NCBI GenBank assembly: GCA_040285825.1 | Contig: JAUPSS010000009.1 | Location: 496,001-560,000 of the forward strand | Source of the DNA: Eukaryota sp. TZLM1-RC | Taxonomy: Eukaryota > Protista > Metamonada: BaSk clade | Direction of reading: 5' to 3' | DNA length: 64,000 bases | Shown here: positions 39,559-50,662 of the stretch, piece by piece | Layout: each line of letters begins with the position of its first letter | Numbering within the stretch: position 1 is the first letter of the stretch | Notes under the pieces: generated by a model | What the model was told of the DNA's origin: nothing | What the model saw: the letters and a program-made list of their open reading frames with translations, nothing else | Database searches by the model: none | Translations under genes and position numbers: made by a program

Positions 39559-39650
39559 GGCGGAGGACGAGTTCAGGCTTAGACGAACATAGATAAAGGA
39601 TTGCTGCTGTCAATTGACCTGAATTTCAATCACTAAAATCAATCACTTCG

Positions 39651-40904
39651 ATGTCTTCTGCTTCAAAGAAAGATCTTCAACCTGGTCAACGTATTGCACT
39701 CATAGTTAGGTTTCTTTTTGGCAACTGTATTAGTCCTAGAGCATTGTTTCTTCTACTCCTGCTCTTTTTAACATTGCTGGGAAGTGTTGCTGCAATCTAC
39801 TCACTTATCCTCAAGCACAAGCTACTCAGTTTCGTCACATTCATTTTTGGATTTGTTTTCTTTTTTGTATTCTTTGCAGTGTACGATCTGTTTCTCACAC
39901 CATTAGGTCGTGCTTACAAGGAGAATACTGCCATTGCCATTGTCATAACTGTAGCACTTTCTGTTTTTGGTTTTTACACAGCGACCCAATTGGTTTGGTT
40001 ACTCAACTGGCTTACAGGTTTTTTCGTAGGTACCTTTATCTGGCCCTATGGTGCCTTTGGTTTGGACATTTTCGGGATTCCTTGCTCTGATGGCGGTAGA
40101 TGCCACATATATCACAATGTAGATTGGGGTGAGTTCACGTTTGAATACTACATGAGCCTGGCAATGCTGTTCTCTCTTCAAATCTATGTTGTATCTGCGT
40201 TCTTTTATCTTGTTGTTATGCCAGTGATTGCTAACATTTACCTCTTCATTAAATCAATTATTGATGTTGATCATGAGAAACAATTTTTTGACTGCGATAA
40301 GCCTCCGAGCAGATTCCTCAATGCTTTTAAGCATGTTTTCTGCATCACCTTCCATGGAAAGTTGGCATGGATCGTTAATTTGTCGATACCATCGCTGTTC
40401 ATTGCATTTCATTCTATTGTTACATCCTTTACGCATCCGGTTGCTTCAGTAATTCTTCAAGGCATTTTGATTATCTCTGTTTTTGTATGTGCTGGCATTT
40501 ATTTCAATAATTATGATGTCATTGATGACTATTTTGAGGGTAGATCATGGCACCCGGTCAAAGTCCTCTTTTATATCGGCTATTACCAACTTCCTATTGT
40601 TTCGGCTCCTTTTATACTTGGTTGGCTGGGATTTGGTATATCTTTAGTGATTTTCCTTATTGATCCAAATTTAGATCAAATAGTATTTGTTAAAAGAAAA
40701 GCCGTCTCTGAGATTCCCAACTTCGTCACACTGCTTTTATGTATTCTGAATTGTGTAGTTTATCTTGTACTTTTGGCTCTTGTATTTGGGCTTGTGTTTT
40801 GGATTGTGCGGTCAATATCAGGTATGGTGAAGAGTTACAAGCAGTTTGAGGAACAGTATCTTTTAGAGAGAGGTAAAGAGGCTGAAAAACCTGTATATTG
40901 TTGA
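39651..40904 (+). CDS. Hypothetical multi-pass membrane protein (417 aa)
   Basis: Long intact ORF with many hydrophobic segments; no family recognised. Confidence 0.75.
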   Translation: MSSASKKDLQPGQRIALIVRFLFGNCISPRALFLLLLLFLTLLGSVAAIYSLILKHKLLSFVTFIFGFVFFFVFFAVYDLFLTPLGRAYKENTAIAIVITVALSVFGFYTATQLVWLLNWLTGFFVGTFIWPYGAFGLDIFGIPCSDGGRCHIYHNVDWGEFTFEYYMSLAMLFSLQIYVVSAFFYLVVMPVIANIYLFIKSIIDVDHEKQFFDCDKPPSRFLNAFKHVFCITFHGKLAWIVNLSIPSLFIAFHSIVTSFTHPVASVILQGILIISVFVCAGIYFNNYDVIDDYFEGRSWHPVKVLFYIGYYQLPIVSAPFILGWLGFGISLVIFLIDPNLDQIVFVKRKAVSEIPNFVTLLLCILNCVVYLVLLALVFGLVFWIVRSISGMVKSYKQFEEQYLLERGKEAEKPVYC

Positions 40905-41214
40905 ATAAATTGTGTTTATAATTATTCACCATGTCACGCTTTGCTACATCGTATTTTTTGCACATAGGCACAATCACACTTTTAGGGACACTCAAAGTGT
41001 GTGAGAGGGGTGCAGTGAGAATATGAAGATCGCATAATGAAGGTTACATTTAGAATTAGCCTGGTGATCAGCTGAAACCAAAAATAGAACAAAAAATACA
41101 TTGAAAGAAAATATACAAAAACAGTGAGGCAAATACAACATAAACTTAGAATTGCAAAACCACAAAAAACTAAAACTAAAGAAGCAAAAAACTAAAACAA
41201 AAAAACTGTACACT

Positions 41215-41892
41215 TTACTTGGAACGTTCCTTGTCCCATTTATAGACTGGGAGATCATAAGGTCCTTTAACTTTCTTCTTTGCCTTGGAATTTTTCATCA
41301 ATTCTCGTTGAAGATGGAGCTCTCGAGCCATTAACTTCAACTTACGGACAGATTCTTCTAGTTCCAACAGTTCTTGTTTTTTGTGGTCAATGGGGTTTAC
41401 AGATATCTCATCCAATGAATCCTCGGTAGAATTTGTTTGACTGGGAGTAGTATCTTCATCTCGAGTTTCACTATGACCTGATTCATCATCGCTGCTATCA
41501 ATAAAGTGTATTTTGGATGGTTGGGTTTTCTGAAATAAACCGAGTTCTTCCCGCAATGAGTGAAGTTTACGTTGTTCTACAGCTAATTTCCGGAGAACAT
41601 ATGGAAGATCGACCTCCTTCATAGCGAGAACTTCTTCATTAGTGAATACATGACGAGGAGTGTGATGTACTCCGTTTATGGTCTTGGATTTGATCATACC
41701 GAACGCAAATTCATCAGGGTTGCGATCTCGTGCTTTCCGTTGTAGTTCAACGAGTTGCTTCTTTTTCCTGTTGTAGTCTTTGGCACGTAAGACATAGTCT
41801 TTGTGCTTTTCGAGGAGACCATGGCGAGCTCGTCTTGCTGGTTGATGTCGTTCCTTATGAGTGCGGCGTTTTACAACATTTTTAAGAGACAT
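41215..41892 (-). CDS. UTP11: U3 snoRNA-associated protein 11 (SSU processome)
   Basis: RTHKERHQP..R..GLLEKHKDYVLRAKDY, RNPDEF.FGM, C-terminal YKWDKER. Confidence 0.95.
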   Translation of the reverse strand: MSLKNVVKRRTHKERHQPARRARHGLLEKHKDYVLRAKDYNRKKKQLVELQRKARDRNPDEFAFGMIKSKTINGVHHTPRHVFTNEEVLAMKEVDLPYVLRKLAVEQRKLHSLREELGLFQKTQPSKIHFIDSSDDESGHSETRDEDTTPSQTNSTEDSLDEISVNPIDHKKQELLELEESVRKLKLMARELHLQRELMKNSKAKKKVKGPYDLPVYKWDKERSK

Positions 41893-41969
41893 AAAGTGCT
41901 TAAAGAAGACTAAATGGGAATTTCCCTCAAGTACACAATCAATTTTCGTGCGGAATAATTACAAAAACT

Positions 41970-43730
41970 ATCTACTGCACGGATGCTGAGGTCTTTGATT
42001 ACCACGCATTTCAGCTTCAGTAATTGCAAACATATTCAGATAAGTCAGCTTATTTCTATTGAAAAGCTTTGTTGAGCCTTTGTTACTGAGTTTGCAACTG
42101 TCACTGTTACAAGCTAATCAACCATGACATGTAGTAACAGGAGTCTTTTCTCTTCTACAGAATCTGGGATTTGTTACTCTCAAAAACGTAGCAACCTTTT
42201 CAAAACAAACAGGACATTTTGTTGAAGTGAAAGCTTCATAAATCATCAATACTTCAAATCCATTCCATTTCAGAAATTGAATCCATCCAATGCCACGAGT
42301 AGGCCTTTGATGTTTTAAGTTCTTAGCACCTTTTTTACCATAATCACCCATTAGTATTAATGTGTTTTTTGGATTGCCAAACTGCTGAACAAGGCTTCTT
42401 AACAACCAACTTTCAGTTTTTTGCTTGTGAATACAAACTTGCATTTTATGAATGTTCCACAAATCAAGACTATAAAAGTCAATTGTCAAACAAACTTGCC
42501 GAAGTTTGGCAACCACACAGTCGGAAAACTCTATAAAAGTTGCTGAATTGGCAGCAAATGCGGATAATTCGGTGTTTGCACCCTCGATTGTCATTTCGTT
42601 AGACTCTATCATTTGGTTCCTGTCGTAATCTACCTCATTATACTTTGTCGCCCATCGTTTTTGTTTTTCATTCATCCTATTTGTCATAGACCAGGATATC
42701 CGAGTCAGTCTCAACCATTTGAGTTTCTTGTCTTGATTCATCATCCGATTTTTTCTTTGCTGTTCAGTTTCATGTTCAGGCACCATGGATAATTCTTGAT
42801 CCGTTTTTTTACTGTCAAAATATAATAAATCACGTTTTCCAGGATCACATACAACAATTCGTTTATCTGGAAAAATATCAACATTATCAATATATAAATC
42901 AGAAATACTAGCCTTGTTGTCTAGCTTACATTTTTGACCTTGTAAATCCCGACAAACAAATTGAATTTTGTCAAATTCTACTGCAATATTAAATTAAACT
43001 GTATGGATAATGTTGTTGAATTTATAGCTCTTCTGTTTGAACATTGGTTGCTTTCAATCGAGAATATTAGACCAAAAGTCAAATTGTTCAGGTGGTTTGA
43101 ATCTATGAACTTGTGCTTGTGCATTGACCATTTTTAATCTCTGATCAGGCAACAAATCGTCCATCAATGTTTGTCTAATAATTGTTTATATTGTTCATGT
43201 ATCAATAGAAGAATATCCAGGGCCTACAGAGGTTGAAGCAGGAGAAATATGATAAGGTTTTCTCTCTCTACTGGAAATATATTGGGCAATTGTAATTGCT
43301 GGTTTAAGGAATATTTGACGATATTTTTCTACAGCGTCTACAAGAAAATGTATTTCCACTGAAAATATGGTATCAACTTTATTCTCCTCAGTGACCAAAT
43401 TCTTAATTTGACAAGTAAATGGTTCAATAAGACCTTCAAAGATGTCTGTAAGTTCATTATTTCTTATATCATGTTGCTCACATAAATCGAAAAATTCATC
43501 ATTCAGAAGGTCTGAAATCTTTTCTGGATGATGAAGCAAAGAATTCACGCAATCTCTATCATCAACTAAACACAAGTTTTTGAATTGATCAAGCCTGAAT
43601 CTATATAGTGAAATAATTGTTGGCAATGGCGTTGTCTACCCACCCAGTTTGTGCATTTCTGCTAACAAATTTTCACACCTGGTTTGTCAAAATACACATT
43701 AATAAGTCCATTAATATGTTTTTCATAATT
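41970..43730 (-). mobile_element. Fanzor-like nuclease remnant, lineage Y
   Basis: P..TSVGPGYSSIDT, IVVCDPGKRDLL (RuvC-I, about 42830-42860), LMGDYG, EAFTSTKCPVC, HG..AC..C, FNR; stops and frameshifts. Confidence 0.8.
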
Positions 43731-43740
43731 TAATTTCAAA

Positions 43741-44010
43741 TCGAAGTTTTCGTTTGTTCCTTTTGTCTTCTCTATTTTTGGCATCAATGGTCAGTCTGCC
43801 TTGAATTTTCTCAATGATTTTGATTATTTGTGTCGTTCAAATGGTAAGAATTTTGCAGGGAATTTGTGGAAGAATCGCATCATTTTCGCTTTGTACAGAA
43901 GTGTTCCCAAGTACTTAAATTTAATGATGTCCAAGCTGTATAAAGATTCATCAAGAGTTGGCCCGCAGAATTTTGTTTCTCATGTATTTTAATTTGTTGT
44001 GTTTTGTTGT
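43741..44010 (+). mobile_element. 3' fragment of non-LTR family B
   Basis: LWKNRIIFALYRSVPKY...VGPQNFVSHVF*. Confidence 0.78.
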
Positions 44011-44071
44011 GTTTGTTGGTAGAAAATACAATCTTTATTTAATTTCAAATTATTCTCAAAATTGACAAACA

Positions 44072-45845
44072 TTACTGTGGCCATTTACTCGTGAAATTTA
44101 CTGAAGCCATCAGTTGAAAATCGTGGAAACTGTTCAGGCTTGTTGGTTTTACCAGTGTTTGCTCATAATACTCAGCTGAATTATAACGAATTCTGGCCAT
44201 TAATGATTCATCTAATTTGGCAAATATTTGTGGTAGTAGTAAATTACGTTCAACTCGGGACTGTAAATACAGCTTCAAGCAACATGTTGTAGGAATTCGT
44301 AATTGTTGAAATTTTGAAACAGTTTCTTTTAATTTGAGTATCACATTTGAATGTTTAACCAGTGAGTTGACGGTTGCACGAATGGTGTAATGAAGATGGC
44401 AAAATAAACTCATGTATTTGAAACAATACAAAGTTTGAGACATAATACACAATCATGAAGCCCATATTGAATCAAATTTTGTCTAAGTGAATCAGTGGCT
44501 AAATAAACAACAGGCAAAATACTTGTAAATTCATGATGAAGTTTGATTTTCTTTTCACTATTGTATACGACAGATTGCCTAAACCAAAACCATATTGAAT
44601 TTTGATGAATTTTTTTGGCAAATACCAGTGTGTCTAAAAGAAAAAAGCCATTTTCCCTGATGACAACTTCCCTCCATCTTGGTGAAAGTTGATTGAGTAC
44701 AACAATTGCTGTATCATCTGGAACAGTGGGAAATGGTAAATCAAAATAATTGAATCTATTCTTTAAAACCTGTAAATCAAACTGCATTAAATTGTGATTA
44801 AGAAAACAATGAGGTTGATAATTACCAATAATGTTTAAAAACCTACGAAGCAAAGTTATTTCGTCAGAGAATATTTCTGCCTGACTATCCATATCAATGT
44901 TTGGTAATCTGCTAATTTGAGGACTCTTTTTCAATCTAAGTGAATGATTACTTTTCAAAAAGAAAATATGGCGGTCAAACCTTCCAACAACAATGGAAAT
45001 TAGAAAGATGTTCGGATTTGAAATCTACTCATCCATTTCCTTTTCAGTTTTCCTTTTCAAACGGGTTGCACCCTCTTTTCTCTTTTTGTTGATAATCTCG
45101 TCAGGAGGGAAAAATTGGTTATCATAATTTTGGTAAAGATGACCATGCTTATAGCTTTCAAGATCAAAGCACATAACAGTGAAATGATTTTGAGTTGGGG
45201 TCATTTCTTTGAATTGAATCAATGAATCAGGTTTGAAGCCACTAAGACTTGGCTCAATTTTTTTTGACCATACTCGGTTTCAATGGTTTTTTTGTCAAAA
45301 TCTTTCTGTTCTCGATATTCAACAGTGTATTTTCAATACAAATTTCTCGGATCAGTGCTTCTTGTTGTTTTTTAGCTTATGCTTTGATGTTTGTTGGTCA
45401 AAAATCGCTTTTCTAATAATTTTTCATGGAAGAGTTGATTTACAATTGGATCTTCTCTTTTTCGGACCAGGATTTGCTTCAACATTTCCATACATTGTTA
45501 AATCAACAGAAAATGAATTTGTTGAAAGAAGATGTTGGCAGCTACAAGATTGAAAACATAAATTATGAACATAATCATCAAACTCAACATTATCAAAATA
45601 ACAATTTAAGACACAACATCCCATATCTACAGTACAAGTACCTTAACCACAAAAAACAACAAACTCAAAAACATCAAAATAACAATCCAAAACAGAACAT
45701 AAACAAGAAAAACATCACATATCCAAGGTGGTTATTACCATGGCTAATTCAACAGCACCCATATCATGACTCACATGATGACTGAAAAAAGTGTAAAACT
45801 CTACCCCCACGGAAGGATCAGAACGACGATTACCATAGAAGTAGG
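44072..45845 (-). mobile_element. Degenerate unclassified element: 5' hairpin, 2A-like peptide, PolB-type 3'-5' exonuclease
   Basis: GNVEANPGP at 45463-45489; VMCFDLESY (ExoI-like); EITLLRRFLNII..QP..NHNLMQFDLQVLKNR (ExoII-like); leader repeated at 4560-4910. Confidence 0.6.
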
Positions 45846-46179
45846 TCTTTTAAATTGTCTCTATCAGACTTGTAACTCCTGATGATCTTCTCTTAGTTCA
45901 AGATTGTCATCTTCATTGTCTACCTCAAAACTATAATCTTAACTATTACTTACATCACATACTTATGGGTTGCAGAGGTTTGTGGACGTTATCTCCAAAA
46001 TGTATCTAACTTTAGGGAGGAAAATGCTCAAGTTCCACATGGTCACATAACTTCTTTTTTGAAATGAAATATATTTCATTTCAACTTTTGAGCATCTCAC
46101 TCATTTTCGACAAATTCCAGATTGCTAATCATGTTTATCACAGTCCATACTATCTTGGATCTTCTGGCTGAAACAATGA

Positions 46180-46372
46180 AGAGATTTGACGTCTTTTTTG
46201 TGGCGCTCACGAATTCAATTCACCATAATTAGTAGACTGCCTCGGCCCTTTCATTGAATAAGAGAAGCAAAGACAAGAAAACAAGTAGATCAGGATTTTG
46301 TAGAGGAAATCTTGGTTCATTGAATTTAGTGCCATTAGTTTTGATTCAATTTGATTAATTGTTGTCAATAAA
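46180..46372 (+). mobile_element. Diverged 3' end of non-LTR family C
   Basis: tggcgctcacgaattcaattc...caggattttgtagaggaaatcttggttca. Confidence 0.7.
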
Positions 46373-46877
46373 TCATGGTTTTTTGATTAATATTTATTTA
46401 TCAAACAACTTGTATATCAACACCTAAATAATCCATCTCTGCAAAAACAAAGCAACTAACTGCAACTCTCTCATAGTGAGGTCTAAGAGAAAGCAGCATC
46501 ATGGTAGTAAAACAACTTTGAGAACAAAAGAAGATGACATTACATTGTTCTAATGTACAAGGTTTGTTGATCATTTCAGATGACAGTCACTGTCTCAAAC
46601 CATGTATCCATCAGTTTTGTTCATTATACAGGTTAGACTTACGCAGAATGACACTATCAAATGATCTGTTCTTTTGACATATATGAAATAGTTGAGTGTT
46701 AGTCAAGTGACCGAGATAATCAGTTGCTGTGATAATGAATGACAATTAAGGATTTTGACAGAATAGATGGATCAATGAAAACATATAGATTAAAGTAGAA
46801 GGGAAATGGTAATTTATAAACAAATTCTTGTGATTAAATAATATAATGTACAAATAAATGATTCACAGTAACAAAAA

Positions 46878-48049
46878 TTAAAGTTCCAAATCCATTTCAG
46901 TATTCAAAGCCACAGAACACCTTGATTGCTGATCCTCTCTACTAGTCTCATCTACCACTAATGTTACCTTTTTGTTTAGCTTAGAAGCAATAGGATTAAA
47001 CTGTGGTATTTGAATCAAAAGATAGAAAAGTTCAGCAATTCGAGCTCTCAAACCTTCGAGAGACATACCGGGACGGTCACGATTTAAAAGATCTGCTTCT
47101 CGATCAATCAAATCACATAATTCGACTGTCAAATCACAATCAAAATCACGTACACAGTTTTTAACTCTCAACAGAAGCTCCAAACGGGCATCAACATTTC
47201 TACTATTCTCAAGTAATTCTTTATAAATTAATACGAAAATTTGAGATTGTTGAATTTCAGGAGTGACAACCTCAATAGACTCTCCAAATGAATTAGTCTC
47301 GGACAATGACAAGATATTAGGTCTAGATAAAATATCCAAAGTCTTTGAGATTCTGCTTGACTTTGCTGATTTTTGGGCCTTGACACGTAGCTTCTCTATA
47401 TTTTGAAGATGTTCAATTTCTTTTAAGTACAGATTTTTTAATAACTGTTTCTTCTCAGTTTCATTGATATTTTTACAATTGATGGTATTCATTTCATTTT
47501 GTTTCCATTCTAGAATAAGTTAAATTTAAAATCAAAAATACCTTTTAGTTCGGCCAATAAGAGATCAAAATCTTGCTTTTTGAGCGGATTCTGTTTTCTT
47601 TTTAATAACTCCAACTGTTTTGTTTCCAGAAATGATTCCTTTTGGAATTGAAGTTCTTTTATAGTCTCCAACTTTGACGTAACTGCTTGCTGAAGAACTC
47701 TATACAGCTTACGAGCAAGATAACCCCGGAAGTACCGTTGAATAGTGATGGTAGCTCTCAACTTGCATTCATTAAATTCTTCAGAAGTCACGTATGGTCG
47801 CGGTATGACATGCTTATCCATTGGATCTGTGATATTCATGTTGGGTGTAGCAGTTTGAGTTCCAGACTCACGTTCTGTTTGAATAACAGACTTCCGAGTG
47901 TTTTTGGTCTGTGTTTCCCTTGTAAGAGGACGATTTTCTTCTGTGAAAGTTTTCACAGGATGGGGGGTTTGAGTGGTAGCGTTGAGGTAAAGAACATTAG
48001 TGTGTTTGTGTCGGAACCCGCCTAAGGCTGGAGACTGACTCCGAGACAT
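46878..48049 (-). CDS. IQUB: IQ and ubiquitin-like domain protein homologue (flagellar radial spoke); intron 47510-47541
   Basis: LGGFRHK, TRETQT, PRPYVT, IQRYFRGYLAR (IQ motif), DFDCDLT.EL.DLIDREADLLNR; the 32-nt GT...ACTTATTCTAG intron joins both ORFs; start codon uncertain. Confidence 0.82.
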
Positions 48050-48121
48050 TGGTTTATAGTACAAAGATGTTGAATAGGATTGCTGTCTGTGGTTTTCACT
48101 GGAAATGCATTCTTTATAATG

Positions 48122-49005
48122 TTATTTATTGAATTTGCACACTTAATTAAATTAGCTCAATACTAATGGGACGACTATCATTGAACCAAGATTTCCTCTA
48201 CAAAATCTTGGTCTGCTTGCTGTCTAGCTAAAGCTTCTCTTAATCGATTGAAAAACCGTGGTGATCTATTAATAATGGCAAATTGAATCCGTGAACGCCA
48301 TAAAAATATATCAAATCTTTTCATTGTTTTTTCTTGCACCATTTTTTGGAAGTCATACAAAAAAGTTTCTGCTTCAACTGATAATCTTCCATTTATCGAA
48401 AATGGGAAAGCAATAAAAACCAGCTATCGACATTAGCCTCTTCAATATCTTTATCATATTTTCTATGTTTCTCTTTTTGCTTTAAAATCAAGAGCAGTCA
48501 CAGGATTAAGTTTTCTTCTGTGAACCAAAGTATCATTTGCAATTGCATGAGACAAAGTCAACAATAGCTTCAGAATTATCAATCCAATCACAGTATACAT
48601 CACCTCTATCATCAGAACCAAAATTATTCAGAGAAAGTGTTTCCTTCAGCAGGGGCTCTTTGATACATGATATTCTTGCAGTTTGTGCCATATTGAAAAC
48701 AGTGTCTCCAACAGCATCAAGTAATGAAGAACGATAAGTTATCAATTTAGAGCAATTCAGAGCATGGCGCAAAGTGAGTTGAGGTGAATTCGAACAAATA
48801 CATTTTTCATTTGATAATAATTGATTAATGGGGATGTTCAAATATAATCTCATTTTTGTTACAAATGCTTCATTAGTGGCACACAATCCAAATCTTCGTG
48901 GTACAATAGTTACAAAAAGTGAAGAATTTGGCGACTTGTTTTCACAAACACCCTTTTCCAATAACAATGAGTGAAGATCTTGATTTAAAACAGCCGAGCT
49001 GCATT
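48122..49005 (-). mobile_element. 3' fragment of non-LTR family C
   Basis: Near-identical to 32485-33370. Confidence 0.88.
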
Positions 49006-49112
49006 CTTTATCTGAAATGTCAATTTCCAATACTTCAATCACATCCACATGTCTAAACTTAACCATCCGGAGATGATTGGCTTAGATCAACATACGTTGG
49101 ATTTGAAGACTC

Positions 49113-49620
49113 TTATTGAGATTTTCTAAAAACTAGGGGTCTAGTGTTCAAAAAGTACTCGCTTATTGCAATCTCCCACTGGTGTCTCGATGCAGAGATA
49201 TTCCTTGACCAAACTATTCCACATTCTGGACATGCGAAATAGGCTTTAGAGCTTTTCCTTTCTCCATTCTCTATGAAGTAAAGGTATTCATGGAAAACTT
49301 CGCACAGTTCACATTGGCAGATGTATAGTATTCATCGCCGTCCTTCACGGTTGGAAATCGAGCCTTGAGGTACTTCAGAAAACGCTTTCTTGGTTTTTTC
49401 ACTCTTTGACGGGATGGTCCATCACCTCTTTTCCCAAACCAATCAATCACTTCACGATTTTCAGCAATGTTGTTGATTCTCTGGACAAAATGGCTGAATC
49501 TCTTTTGGCGACGGATCAAAAAAGTCGAAGCGATTACGGCGAATAACTTTTCTTTTTCCTTGATGTAGATGGTGGTCCAATAAACTTTGTCTTTCAGTGT
49601 TGTCTCTTTGAGGATTCACA
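49113..49620 (-). mobile_element. Fanzor/TnpB-like remnant, lineage X (second copy)
   Basis: WFGKRG, KPRKRFLKYL, DEYYTSANVNC, CPECG..WSRNISAS; homologous to 26231-26965. Confidence 0.7.
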
Positions 49621-50662
49621 TTTAAGCCACTGTTCAATTTCAGTAGGTTGAGTAACATCGACCAACTCTGCGGCCATTGCAATCTGATACTGATAATAAA
49701 TCCCTCATCATCACCCAAATTATCATTGAGTCAAAATTAAATTAAATTAATTGAATTGAATTAAATTAAATTAAGTCATTGTACCGATTCATTCTCTGAT
49801 GGCGTGTGAGCTTGATAAGATAAACAGTTTAATAAATAGTTTTTTGACCCTAAAGCCGAATCGCATAAGATTATAAGTTTGGGAAAGAAAGTGTCTTCAA
49901 AGAACTGGATCAGGACTGTGGATATCAGCTATCTTCGGGAACATGCTCAAAATAAAACAACCATTTGGATGGCAGTAGATGTTCTTTTTTTGATAAAGGA
50001 ATTACTTTTCAGAAATATGATGGTTCGAAATACCACTGTTTTGAGAAAAATCACACTGTTTTTCAAGTCACACTCAATATTAAACAATTGAAGCAATTGT
50101 AATTAATCTCTGATGTGATGAGGTGTGTCCACGTCTTTTCACCTAGTTATGATGTCATCAATTAATGATATTTTCCTAGCAAGTAATAATGATGAACAAT
50201 GACATATAAACAAAACAAAGTAAATTGCTACTGAAAGCGGCGGAGAACAATTCTCAATTCATTTATAAACTGTGTAATCCAAGTTCATGAACAACTTGAA
50301 GAAATTTGTTTATTCCTGGAGCAGACACATTTTGAACCTCAACGGAAAACCTTAACTAATGGGAAACTTATGAGGGAAAAAACTTGAAGAAATAAAAGCA
50401 ACATTTAAGGTGTTGAAGGTCAGAGGGACAGTAGATTTCTTGCAGTATCACTATAACTTTGATCAGTTCAGTGACGTACTTAAAAAAAGACTCCTGCTTT
50501 TGCTTTGGAAGGTTTTATTGATATCCATTTTTAAATGAGGGTCTTGAAATACATTTTAAACGTGAATTTCAAAAGAACCAATCATTTCATAAAAACGAAA
50601 ATTAAATAGAAACTTTATTTTGTGTATTAGAAAACTAACAAATATTGAATTCCTTCGAAAAA

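Noticed and set aside
49735-49775. AATT(A/G) pentamer run
   Set aside because: Simple low-complexity repeat
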